A stretch of DNA of 64,000 bases from Squalus acanthias (GCA_030390025.1 CM059431.1:120592001-120656000); one strand, 5' to 3'. Shown: positions 39,706 to 51,659, numbered from the stretch's first letter. Numbers and translations: made by a program. The notes: generated by a model from the letters alone, not told the origin.

Positions 39706-40524
39706 AGTGAAGGAATACGAATCGGCAAAGCATATATAGACAGAGAACAATGCCTGTGTCGAGTACAATCTCAGACGACTACAGTTAATCTATCTGACTG
39801 CCTTTCATCACACCTTGGCAGAGAAACAATCAGGTCAGCCAGGAAGGCACCACATCAAAGACATAGCAAGATACAACTGAGACAATGAGGTGGGGTCACA
39901 GGGGGTCTAATGTGTCAAATGCAGTCTGTATGATTAAAGGGGAGGGACCCTGCGCAGCGCGAACCGGGGCCCAGCTGGGCCCCCAGGGATCGGGAGTGCC
40001 GGCAAAAGAGCCCGGCACTCAAGAGAAGTGCCGGGCTCTTGGAGCGCAGCCGGCACTTCACGGTGGGGGGGCTTCACGGGGGCCAGGGACAGCAACGGGG
40101 GCAGGTGCTGGCAGGCGGCCAGCAACAAAAATGGCCGCCTGCCACCTCCCCTTTAAATATCGCCGCCCCGGCCGCACGTACGCCTCCCTGAACCCGTCGG
40201 ACATAGCGTCTGGCGGTAAATCAGGGGGCGCGACCGAAGATCACGGCCGGGGCGCGAGCGGGGTGCTGCGCACGGCGATGACATCATCGCCGGCGGCGCA
40301 GCGCCACAGGGCGCTACCGGCTGCCGCCGCCGCTAACCTCCCGCTGAATTTTTCGGGAGGCGTGGGCGGCGCTGCGCCCGGGCGTTAGCTGCTTTACGCC
40401 CCATTAGCGCCCTCTTAAGGCGCTAACGGGAGGCCAAAAACTTTAAAATTTTTACTTTTTTTTTTAAACTGGAAATCACATCTTTGAACAAGCCAACGAC
40501 GACTCGAGTCTGGATGACTCTACA

Positions 40525-41446
40525 TCGTGTAGCGTGACATGAACCCAAGATCTTGGTTGAGGCTGTCTTCCTGGTTGCGGAACTTGGCTATCAGTTTCTG
40601 CTCGATGATTTTGCGTTGTCGTGTGTCTCAAAGGCCGCCTTGGAGAAAGCTTACCCGCAGATCCGAGGCTGAATGACCTTGACTGCTGAAGTGTTCCCCG
40701 ACTGGGAGGTAACAATCCTGCCTGGCGATTGTTGCGCGGTGTCCGTTCATACGTTGTCTCAGTGTTTGCATGGTCTCGCCGATGTACCATGCTCCGGGGC
40801 ATCCTTTCCTGCAATGTATGAGGTAGACAACGTTGGCCGAGTCACATGAGTATGTACCATGTACCTGGTGGGTAGTGTCCTCACGTGTGATGATGGTATC
40901 TGTGTTGATGATCTGGCATGTCTTGCAGAGGTTGCCGTGGCATGGTTGTGTGGTGTCGTGGTCGCTGTTATCCTGAAAGCTGGGTCATTTGCTGCGAACG
41001 ATGGTACTTTTGAGGTTAGGCGGCTGTTTGAAGGCGAGTAGTGGAGGCGTGGGGATGGCCTTAGCGAGGTGTTCGTCGTCATCGATGACATGTTGAAGGC
41101 TGCGAAGAACATGGCGTAGTTTCTCCGCTCCGGGGAAGTACTGGACGACGTAGGGTACCCTGTTGGTTGTGTCCCGTTTTCGCCTTCTGAGGAGGTCTAT
41201 GCGATTTTTCGTTGTGGCCCGTCGGAACTGTCGATCGATGAGTCGAGCGTCTGATCCCGTTCTTACGAGGGCGTCTTTCAGCGTCCGTAGGTGTCCATTG
41301 CGTTCCTCCTCGTCTGAGCAGATCCTGTGTATTCGCAGGGCTTGTCCTTAGGGGATGGCTTCTTTAACGTGGTTAGGGTCGAAGCTGGAGAAGTGGAGCA
41401 TCGTGAGGTTGTCCGTGGGCCTGCGGTAGAGTGAAGTGCTGAGGTG
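40525..41446 (-). pseudogene. Penelope RT thumb/linker + GIY-YIG, with stop codons
   Basis: LYRRPTDNLTMLHFSS..P.HVKEAIP*GQALRIHRICS...VPYVVQYFPG...; stops at ~41349 and ~40986. Confidence 0.85.
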
Positions 41447-42076
41447 TTCGGCCAGTACTTCCCCAGAGTGGAGAAACTACGCCATGTTCTTCGCAGCCTT
41501 CAACATGTCATCGATGACGACGAACACCTCGCTAAGGCCATCCCCACACCTCCACTACTCGCCTTCAAACAGCCGCCTAACCTCAAAAGTATAATCGTTT
41601 GCAGCAAATTACCCAGCTTTCAGGATAACAGCGACCACGACACCACACAACCCTGCCACGGCAACCTCTGCAAGACATGCCAGATCATCAACACAGATAC
41701 CATCATCACACGTGAGGACACCACCCACCAGGTACATGGTACATACTCATGTGACTCGGCCAACGTTGTCTACCTCATACATTGCAGGAAAGGATGCACC
41801 GGAGCATGGTACATCGGCGAGACCATGCAGACACTGAGACAACGTATGAACGGACACCACGCAACAATCGCCAGGCAGGATTGTTACCTCCCAGTTGGGG
41901 AACACTTCAGCAGTCAAGGACATTCAGCCTCGGATCTGCGGGTAAGCATTCTCCAAGGCGGCCTTCGAGACACACGACAACGCAAAATCATCGAGCAGAA
42001 ACTGATAGCCAAGTTCCGCAACCATGAGGACGGCCTCAACCGAGATCTTGTGTTCATGTCACGCTACACGACGTAG
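41444..42076 (+). CDS. Penelope GIY-YIG endonuclease region, open 210-aa frame of a 5'-truncated fragment (not a complete gene)
   Basis: CHGNLCKTC Zn-knuckle-like motif; NVVYLIHC...WYIGET..LRQRMNGH...EQKLIAKF...GLNRD. Confidence 0.85.
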   Translation: MFGQYFPRVEKLRHVLRSLQHVIDDDEHLAKAIPTPPLLAFKQPPNLKSIIVCSKLPSFQDNSDHDTTQPCHGNLCKTCQIINTDTIITREDTTHQVHGTYSCDSANVVYLIHCRKGCTGAWYIGETMQTLRQRMNGHHATIARQDCYLPVGEHFSSQGHSASDLRVSILQGGLRDTRQRKIIEQKLIAKFRNHEDGLNRDLVFMSRYTT

Positions 42077-42390
42077 AGTCATCCAGACTCGAGTCGTCGT
42101 TGGCTTGTTCACAGATGTGATTTCCAGTAAAAAAAAGTAAATATTTTAAAGTTTTTGGTTTTCCATACAGACTGCATTTGACACATTAGACCCCCTGTGA
42201 CCCCACCTCATTGTCTCAGTTGTATCTTGCTATGTCTTTGATGTGGTGCCTTCCTGGCTGACCTGATTGTTTCTCTGCCGAGGTGTGATGAAAGGCAGAC
42301 AGATAGATTAACTGTAGTCGTCGGAGATTGTACGCGACACAGGCATTGTTCTCTGTCTATATATGCTTTGCCGATTCGTATTCCTTCACT

Positions 42391-42428
42391 TCACCTGACG
42401 AAGGGGCAGCAGCTCCGAAAGCTTGTGA
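42391..42428 (+). ncRNA. Minimal type I hammerhead ribozyme in the PLE 3' repeat
   Basis: Stem I tcac/gtga; core ctgacga + extra a; stem II ggggc/gctcc; gaaa; loopless palindromic stem III (agct). Confidence 0.8.
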
Positions 42429-43244
42429 TTTCAAATAAAACTGTTGGACTATAACCTGGTGTTGTGCGACTTCTCACTTTTGTCCATCCCAGTCCAACAC
42501 CGGCATCTCCGCATCATTATATATTTCAAGCATAACCTTCTTGCTCTTATATTCTATGCCTCAGCTAATAAACAAAAGTATCCTGTAAGCCTTCTTAACC
42601 ACCTTATCTACCTGTCCTGTTACCTTCAGTGATCAGTGGACATGCACTCCAAGGTCCCTCTGTTCCTCTACACTTCTCAGTATCATACCATTTATTGTGT
42701 ATTCCCTTGCCATGTTAGCCCTCCCCAAATGCATTACCTCACACTTCTCTGGATTGAATTCCATTTGTCACTTTTCTGCCCACCTGACCGGTCCATTGAT
42801 ATCTTCCTGCAGTCTGTAGCTTTCTTCCTCACTATCAACCACATGGCCAATTTTTGTATCATTTGCAAACTTCTTAATCATGCCCCCTACATTGAAGTCT
42901 AAATCATTGATATATACCACAAAAAGCAAGGGTCCCAGTACTGAGCCCTACGGAACCCCACTGGAAACACCCTGCTAGGACTGGATTTTGTCATGGGGGC
43001 GGGCTGGAGGTCGTTGTGTCAGGATCCCGACTCTGATGTAAAGTGGGAAAAAAGTGTGATTTTGCCCTAATTGGGCACTTGATTTCCAGCATGTGGGAAC
43101 CCCTGGCCCAATGAGCCTTTTCATACAGAAACTTGCCACCGATTAGGTCATTAATGCTGCTGGATTTAAGGCCTGCAAGCAGCCTTGCTTCTTTTTCAGC
43201 CTTTCAACTTTGTGACCATTGTTTGAGTGATTCCTTCTGCAAGT

Positions 43245-45222
43245 ATGTCCAGCTCTAGACCAAAGTGTGCACCTAGATTTGATGAGGCCTCCCTCCAAGC
43301 TCTGGTGGAGGGAGCAAGAGCAAACAAGAAGTGCTCTTCCCTTCCTCAGGCAGGAAAAAGCCTCCACAACAGACTAAAGCTGTGTGGCTGCAAGTGGCCC
43401 AGGAGGTCAATGCTATTTCTATGTGCAGCAGAACCTGGCTGCAATGCCGAAAGAGGTTTCATGACCTTCTCCGCACAGGCAAAGGGAGTATTACATTCCC
43501 ATCACCCTCAATCTAATCCCCATTGCTTCTCATCATCACCAGCACTCTGCTTTGTCAACCTCCTGCTGCACATCCCACTTCACCCTTACATCCCTGCACC
43601 CTTACCCATTCCCTCTCTCTCTATGTTCACATTCACTGAACTATTCGGCAATGCAACCCTCACACTCCCTATCACTGTGATGCAATGGGAACAACTTACA
43701 GACAGGGAGGGCTCTTGGTCTTGGCACCTCACTCCATCTTTGTCTCTTTCTAAGCATCTATGCTATGGATTCTGTACACTCACTCCTTCATTCTCACTCA
43801 AACTCCACTTGTCTCCCTCATTGCAGGAAAAGAGAGCCCACAATAAGAGAGAACGGGTAGGGACAGGTGGAGGGCCACCCTCAATAGCCCAGCTCACCAA
43901 TGCAGAGGAGGTGGCCCTGGAGATCATGGGAGTGGAAGACGATGCGCAAGTGCAGGACGGACGGACGGGCGCATCACAGCAAGCTGGTGACAGAATAGTT
44001 TTGCATCTCTCTCATTGACATTGCATGAGTGACTGATAATGATTCTGATGCTCCAATAGATTGACTTATGATCATCTGCACAATTCAATGATGCAGCCTT
44101 TATCTCACATCTCTAACTCTTTCCTTTACTCCCCCACAGGACCATCGAAAGCCCCCGTCCCCACTGTCCAGGAGGAACAGCCTGAGCCTCCAGACTCCTC
44201 AGAGGAAGCTGCAACCTCGGAGGGCGCAGCATCAGCAGAATTCAGCGCACCCAGCACCAGCGCAGACACTCACACCTCGGTGGGACCTTCACGAGATAGA
44301 GTAGTGTTGTCACCTGGTGTATCACAGATCACAAGTGAGCATCAGCAGATGGTGGAGACAGGGACAGCAGTGGTGAGTCCTCGTCGGAAGGCACAGGACT
44401 CTGCCAGCTTAGCTCAGCTGCATGTCGACCCTGTGCCTCCGGGTCCATCCAGAAGGAGAGCGGTGCTGGAGCTCCAGGAACAGGTGCAGAAGTCTCTGGC
44501 AGGTTTTGTCTCCAGGGTCGCTGCGGGAGCGAATGGAGGAGTCCAACACGAACATGAACAGAGCCTTTGTGGAGGCATTGGCACATGAACGCATCACCGC
44601 GGAAAGGATGGCAACCTCCGTGGTAAAGCTGGCTTCCTCCATGGTAAGGCTGGCTACTGTAGAGGAGAGGATGGCTACAGCCATGGAGGAGCTTACTCGC
44701 CAGTGTATTGAAAACATGGTGATTGTTCAGAATAGAATGACATCTCCTGAGGAGCGATGGTCAGCTATTGAGCATAGAAACCAGACCTTCATGGAAGTCC
44801 CCTGGAGTAGAACTTCCAGTGCAGAAGCGGGTCCTCATGGCCCCCCTGAAGGGAAGCAAGGTGCTGTCAAGCCACTTGCTACCTCTGGAGTGGGGCTGAC
44901 CCATGAGAGGGATGCTGGTTGCAGACAACAAGGAAGTGGGGGCTCCTCTCCAAGCGCTTACACGACCATGCCACTGCAAAGCCCTCGGTCAGAGCCCCAC
45001 CAGAGTTCTCACCCAACTGAGATGGTCGTCTGAGCCCCTGCACAGCTGCAGGAGCAGCAGACCGTTGCCGAGCCCTCACAGGCTCGCAACCCCAGAGGAC
45101 GCCCGCTAAAGGTGTCGAGACAGTAGCAGCAAGAAAGCAAGCAAGGGGCCTCCACATCTGCTGAAGCCATAGGGGAAGCACCACGTAGGAGCACACGTCA
45201 GAGGAAGATAAAGCACAAGTAG
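43245..45222 (+). pseudogene. Harbinger Myb/SANT gene, 3 exons (43245-43483, 43827-43986, 44140-45222) with heptad repeats, AT-hook and basic C-terminus
   Basis: MSSSRPKCAPRFDEASLQALVEG...WLQVAQEV...RTWLQCRKRFHDLLR; first donor mutated (gggagt); PRGRPLK; PRRSTRQRKIKHK*; frameshifts and stops. Confidence 0.88.
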
Positions 45223-45481
45223 TCACAAGGGTAGTCACTTGGGTGTTCTGTTGTGTTTATTTTTGAAAAGCCATCAGTGAATTGTGATGATAAACAAATT
45301 TGATGGCAAACTGTTGAAGTTGTAGCCTGTTGTCATTTCAAAAATGGGACTTCCACATTGAGGCCTTAGGGCGACTTGCAATTGTCAGTATGGAGGTCAG
45401 AGTGATAGGAATTTGCAGGTTCTTGTCCATTGTCGATGCTCTGGTAAGAAGGTGCGAGGCAAAAGTGTTTGATTGTGCAGG

Positions 45482-46700
45482 CTAAGCAAATCTGGCCAAG
45501 ATTAGTGCGTCCCTTGCATCCCGGGCAGCAATGTGCTCGCGTGCTGGTGCCGCTGGTAGATGGGCCTCCTCAACCTGTTTGTTTTCAGTGTCCTCCTCCT
45601 CCTCCTCCTCATCTGAGGAGGCTATGCGATCAGCCACTTGTACCTCAGACAGCTGCAAGCCACGATGCTGTGGCATGTTGTGAAGTGCACAGCACACCAC
45701 GACGATTCTGGAGACCCTGGCTGCTGAGTACTGCAGGGATCCACCTGATCTATCAAGGCATCTGAATCGTATCGTCAGCAAGCTGATGGTTTGCTCGATT
45801 ATGGATCTGGTGGAAATGTGGCTGGAGTTGTAGTGCTCCTCAGCGTCGTTGGATGGGCTCCTCAATGGCATCATTATCAACGTCTTCAGGGATTAGCCCT
45901 TGTCTCCAAGTAGCCATCCGAAAAGTTGGTCTGGCAGACTGAAGAGCGGAGGCACACTAGACTGGTGCAGGATGTAGGAATCATGGCAACTGCCAGGGTA
46001 CTTGGTGCAAACATGCAAAATATCCTTATTGTGGTCACGCACCAGCTGCATGTTGGGGGAGTGGAAGCCCTTGCGGTTGACAAAAATACCTGGATTGTGA
46101 TGGGGTGCCGTAAGGGCCACATGTGTGCAGTCAACGACGCCCTGCACCCTTGGAAAGCCTGCCAGATTGGCAAACCCAACCACACGCGCGGTTACACTTG
46201 CTTGATCCTTGGACAAATTGATGTAATTGTGTGCGATGGCAAAGAGGGCATCGGTTACCTGCATGATGCAAGTGTGTGCGGCCGCCTGGGAGATGCCGCT
46301 GATGTCTGCTGTTGATCCCTGGAATGAGCCTGAAGCAAAAAAGTTGAGTGCGGTGGTGACTTTGAGGGCCACTGGTAAAGGGTGTCCACCCGCTCCTCTG
46401 GGCAGATGTCACCCACTACCTCTCGCGAAAGTCTGAGCCTCCCTTGGCACTGCTGCTCAGTCATGTTGAGGTAGCTGATCTTCTGTCTGTAGACCCTGTT
46501 TTGTGGGTATCTCCTGCGCCAACGTGCTTCCATGCGCTGGTGCCTTCTTGCCTGTGCAGCTTCAGGTGGGTGAGCAGCAGCTTGGAGCTCCTGTTGTTGC
46601 TCCTGCAGTTGGTGCTGCTGTTTTCAGGGTTCTGCTGCAGCCATGGCTGGTCTTCGTCCAAATCTGATGTCCAGGAGGAAAGGAAATAAATGGTTCCCGT
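45482..46700 (-). pseudogene. Harbinger (HARBI1-like) DDE transposase, full span but frameshifted, start ATG->ACG
   Basis: [55 protein letters not shown], acidic tail. Confidence 0.92.
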
Positions 46701-47575
46701 GCTTCTGGTATATACCTCAGTTGAGGAAGCGCTCAGTCAATGTGGGGAGAGGGGTTTCCCAGGAGGTCACACTGGAGTTGGGTGTCAGGCTCCAAACTTG
46801 CACAACAATGAGTATGCCTGCTAAAAGTTCCCCCAGACCGGAGACAACAAAGTTCTGCCACCTGCAAATGATCATCGGTGAAAACTCCTTTTTAATGGTG
46901 GAGCTGCAGCTGTTAGTAAGCAATCGACTTGTGAGACCGCCAGGATTAACTGGCGTGTTCCAGAGGAGACGTGCAGCACAGGGAAAATGTCTTAAATTCA
47001 GAAAGGCCTCTCAAAATGGGATTATAGAGGCAATTAACTGGTAGTTAAGGGCCTTAAGGGCCTATTGGAGGCAGGATTGAAACGGGGTCTGAAACCATGA
47101 ATGCGGGAAAATTGCTCGGAGGCGGGATGGAGGCAGGATCGGAGCCGCCCCCATTTTTAGCAATTTTTACAACTCACACACCTCCAATCCCGCCTCCTCG
47201 GGCCTGGCAAAATCGAGCCCCTAGTCTCAAAAACACCCGTCGACCATTATACATTGCTTCCTGCCACGGAGCCAATTTTGGAACCAACTTGACACTTTCC
47301 CTTTGATCCCATGGGTTTTTACTTTTCTGATCAGTCTGTCATGTGGGACCTTGTCAAAATCCTTGCTAAAATCCATGTCGACTACATCAAACGTGCTATC
47401 CTCATCAATCTTCTTGTTACCTCCTCAAAAAATTCAATCAAGTTAGTCAGACACGACCTTCCCTTATCAAATCCATGCTGACTGTCCTTGGTTAATCCGT
47501 GCCTTTCTAAATGACAATTAATACCGTCCCTCAGAATTGTTTCCACCACCAAAGATTGGCTGACTAGCCTGTAAT

Positions 47576-50455
47576 TACATAAGAACATAAGAAATAGGAG
47601 CAGGAGCAGGCCATTCGGCCCTTCAAGCCTGCTCCGCCATTCAATGAGATCATGGCTGATCTTCTGTCTCAACTCCATTCACCAGCCCTATCGCCATATC
47701 CCTTGATGCCCTTACTAGTCAGAAATCTATCGACTTCTGTTTTGAATATACCCAATGACTGAGCCTCCACAACCCTCTGGGGTAGAGAATTCCAAAGATT
47801 CACCACCCTCTGTGTGAAGAAATTTCTTTTCATCTCAGTCCTGAATGGCCTACCCTTTATCCTGAGACTGTGGCCCTGGTTCTAGACTCCCCAGCCAAGG
47901 GAAACATTCTCCCAGCATCCACCCTATCAAGCCCTGTAATAATTTTGTATGCTTCAATGAGATCCCCTCTCATTCTTCTGAATGCAAGAGAATACAGACC
48001 TAGTTTACTCAGTCTCTTCTCATACGACAGTCCCGCCATCCCAGGAATCAATCTCGTGAACCTTTGCTGCACTCCCTCTATGGCAAGTATATCATAGAAA
48101 CATAGAAACATAGAATCTAGGAGCAGGAGTAGGCCATTCGGCCCGTCGAGCCTGCTCCACCATTCAATACGATCATGGCTGATCATCCAAGTCCAGTACC
48201 CTGTCCCTGCTTTAATCCCCACAGTACACATATCCCAACCTACCCCCGTAACCCCACGTATTTAATTCCCCCTAACATATCCTATCCTATCCCCATAACC
48301 CCACATATTTAATCCCCCCCTAACACTAAGGGTCAATTTATCATAGCCAAAACAACCTAACCCGCACATTTCCTTCCTTAGGTAAGGAGACCAAAATTGT
48401 ACACAGTACTCCAGGTGTGGTCTCACCAAGGCCCAGTATAATTGGAGTAAGACTTCTTTACTCCTGTACTCAAATCCTCTTGTAATGAAGGCCAGCATAC
48501 CATTTGCCTTCCTAATGGCTTGCTGCACCTGCACATTCACTTTCAGTGACTCATGTACAAGGACACCCAGGTATTGTGCGCAGTTTTGGTTGCCTTATCT
48601 GAGGAGGATGCAAAGAAACTCCAGTATGATTTGGACAGATTGGGTGAGTGGGCAAATGCATGGCAGATGCAGTAAAATGTGGATAAATGTGAGGTTATCC
48701 ACTTTGGTGGCAAAAGCAGCAAGGCAGATTATCTGAATGGCAATAGATTGGGAAAAGGGGTGGTGCAACGAGACCTGGGTGTCCTTGTGCACCAGTCGCT
48801 GAAGGTAAGCATGCAGGTGCAGCAGGCGGTTAAAGAAGGCAAATGCTATGTTGGCCTTCATAGCGAGAGGAATCGAGTACAGGAGCAGGGATGTCTTGCT
48901 GCAGTTGTACAGGGCCTTGGTGAGACCACACCTTGAGTATTGTGTGCAGTTTTGGTCGCCTTATCTGAGGAAGGATGTTCTTGCCATGGAGGGAGTGCAG
49001 CGAAGATTCACCAGACTGATACCTGGGAAGGCAGGGATGACGTATGGAGAGAGATTGGGTCGATTAGGCTTATACTCGCTAGAGTTTAGAAGAATGAGAG
49101 GGGAGCTCATTGCAACTTATAAAATTCTAACAGGACTAGACAGATTAGATGCAGGAAGGATGTTTCCGATGGAGGGTGAGTCCAGAACCAAGGGTCACAG
49201 TCTAAGGATAAGGGGTAAGCCATTTAGGACTGAGATGAGGAGGAATTTCTTCACCCAGAGAGTGGTGAACCTGTGGAATTCTCTACCACAGAAGGCAGTT
49301 GAGGCCAAATCATTAAATATATTCAAGAAGGAGTTAGATATAGTTCATAAGGCTAAAGGGATCAAGGGATATGGGGAGAAAGCAGGGACAGGGTACTGAA
49401 TTTGAATGATCAGCCATGATCTCATTGAATGGCAGAGCAGGCTTGAAGGGTCGAGTGGCCTACTCCTGCTCCTATCTTCTATGTTTCTATGTTTCTACGA
49501 CCCTTTGAGCATCAGCATTCCCCAATCTTTCACCATTTAGGAAATACTCTGCCTTTCTGTTTTTTCTACCAAAGTGGATAACTTCACATTAATCCACATT
49601 ATATTCCATCTGCCATTTTCTCACTCACTCAGAGTCTGTCGAGATCCCCTTGAAGCCTCTTCATATTCTCTTCGCAACTGACACTCCCACATAGCTTTGT
49701 ACCATCAGCAAATTTGGAAATGTTACATTTAGTCCCCTCATCCAAATCATGGAAATAGATTGTGAATAGCTGGGGCCAAGCACCGATCCTTGCGGTGCTC
49801 CACTAGTCACAGCCTGCCATCCTGAAAAAGGCCCATTTATCCCTACTCTTTGTTTTCTGTCTGTTAACCAATTCTCAATCCATGCTCGTATATTACCCCC
49901 AATTCCATGTGCCCTAATTTTGTTCACCAACCTCTTGTGTGGGACCTTATCGAAGGCCTTCTGAAAATCCAGATACACCACATCTACCGGTTCCCCTTTG
50001 TCTACTCCAGTAGTTACATCCTCAAAGAACTCCAATAGGTTTGTCAAACAGGATTTCCCTTTCATAAATCCATGTTGACTCTGCCCAATCTTACTATTAG
50101 TTTCTAAGTGCACAGTTATTGCATCCTTTATAATAGATTCCAGCATTTTCCCAACTACTGATGTGAGGCTAACAGGTCTGTAGTTCCCCGTTTTCTCTCT
50201 CCCTCCTTTCTTAAATAGCGGGGTTACATTTGCTATCCTCCAATCTGCAGGAACCGTTCCAGAATCTATAGAGTTTTGGAAGATGACAACCAATGCGTCC
50301 ACTATCCCAATGGCCACCTCTTTCAAAACGCTAGGATGTAGGTCATCCGGTCCTTGGGATTTGTCGACTTTTAGTCCCATTAATTTTGCTAGTACTGTTT
50401 TTTTATTAATAATAATTTATTTAAGTTCCTCATTCTCGTCACACCCTTGGTTTTC
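47576..50455 (-). mobile_element. CR1 LINE (RT + 3' UTR) interrupted by a CR1 tail/HE1 fragment (48093-48370) and a plus-strand CR1 (48572-49497)
   Basis: 239-aa RT segment NYRPVSLTS...VYLDFQKAFDKVPH...[10 protein letters not shown]1 tail at 47576. Confidence 0.9.
48572..49497 (+). mobile_element. CR1 3' fragment in opposite orientation to its host
   Basis: 183-aa open C-terminus VRPHLEYCVQFWSP...FFTQRVVNLWNSLP; (tttctatg)n tail. Confidence 0.9.
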
Positions 50456-50613
50456 TCTCGATCTATGCCTTTCTCCTTAATGCTAGTACTTCCTCTTTAA
50501 AGTAACAGTTTCAGCAGTTATGGCAATTACAGGGCTTGATTTTATTCCAAGTCTTAGTTTTGGTGATGTAGTTCCTATTTATACCATGGGTATAAGTAGA
50601 CTATAAGACATAA

Positions 50614-51416
50614 GTGCCGGAATTTACTCAAGGGAGGCGGGTTGGGGGTGGGGGCCCCTCTGTGGCCGGCGGGAAACCCGGGAGGCCAGGTTTGCCGCAG
50701 GCCCTGCTGACTTCAACGGCAGGGCCTGATTTCAATGTGAGGCCTTGGATTCCCACCCGCAGCCAGCCAGATTGAGAGGCTGGCTGGCTGCGGGCACATA
50801 GACCTCAGATGCGAGGGGCCGGTCCAGGGGAGGGATCGCAGGAGGGGGGGGGTCGGCAATCGGTCGGGGTTGGGGATCTGGGGTGGAGGGGGAAGAGGAT
50901 CAGCTGGGGTCGGGGATCGGGGGGGCGGAGTCTTCGGGAGGATCGGCGCCGGCCGCCAGAGGATCGTGGTCGGTCTCATCATCATCGTTGGGGAGGGGAG
51001 GAGGCCTGGGGTTGGGTGGGGGATGATTGAAGGCCTCGTGGTGGGGTCTCCGATTGCGGGGTGTGTGTTAGGTAGGGACCCTGGATCCAGGAGGCAGGTA
51101 TAAAACCAGTTACCTCCTGGATTCAGCAGTCCCCGCCTTGGTTTAACTGCTGGGTTTCCCGAATTGTGTGAAATCCGTCCACAGGCAGTTAAACACAAAA
51201 TAGAGGGGAAAAAAAGAGGCTTCCAGCCTCATTACAATATTTAAATTCAGGTAACAGCTCCTGGGAGTGGGTTGGTCGCCAGCTCCCCATCCCGCCTCCG
51301 GCAAAACCAGAAGTGGGCGGATTGGAGGTGGGATCAGATCGGGAATTCCACTTTGATGACTTTAACTGCACCCACGCTCCAAATCCACCCATTTTTTTTA
51401 GGGGAAAATTCCAGCC
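50614..51416 (-). mobile_element. GC-rich non-autonomous Harbinger-like element
   Basis: Ends gtgccggaattta / aaaattccagcc; reverse complement colinear with 58028-58876. Confidence 0.75.
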
Positions 51417-51659
51417 AAGATGTTTCAAAGGAAGGGGAAAAGCTTGCTCAACCCATCCGGTTCACTCTGTCACCTAGGATTATTTTTTTTTTTTTTAAAC
51501 ATGCAAAATGTAGAGTAAGTTTATTATTTCATAAGCCGCAATTTACGTTAAAATCTCTGCATGCTACACAAATATGATGATGGCACCATGCCAATGTCTT
51601 CAATTTGAATCCTCCCAAAACTATCACAAGGTGGATCAAACAGATTTAATGCACATTAC

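Larger units (their letters stand above)
39617..42516. mobile_element. Penelope-like element (PLE) insertion made of two 3' fragments in inverted orientation
   Basis: 13-bp TSD TTATATATTTCAA (39604-39616, 42517-42529); the arms are reverse complements over ~1 kb; GIY-YIG coding in both. Confidence 0.92.
42978..47220. mobile_element. PIF/Harbinger copy 2, most complete (4243 bp; Myb +, transposase -)
   Basis: TIR ggactggattttgtca / tggcaaaatcgagccc; perfect 3-bp TSD CTA (42975-7, 47221-3). Confidence 0.95.
39032..47575 (-). mobile_element. CR1 LINE split into 39032-39616, 42517-42977 and 47221-47575 by Penelope and Harbinger insertions
   Basis: CR1 3' tail at 39032; sequence is continuous across both TSDs; SQHGFDKGRSCLTNLIEFFEEVT. 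Confidence 0.88.

Noticed and set aside
39885..40388. 167-aa ORF or host CpG-island promoter
   Set aside because: ORF is expected from GC richness, straddles a repeat junction, has no recognisable motif and lies inside the Penelope insertion
42960..42990. Match of the copy-2 flank to the zebrafish Harbinger3 target consensus (AAACACCWGGTCTTT)
   Set aside because: aaacacc is offset from the TSD, and the flanks of copies 1 and 3 do not share it
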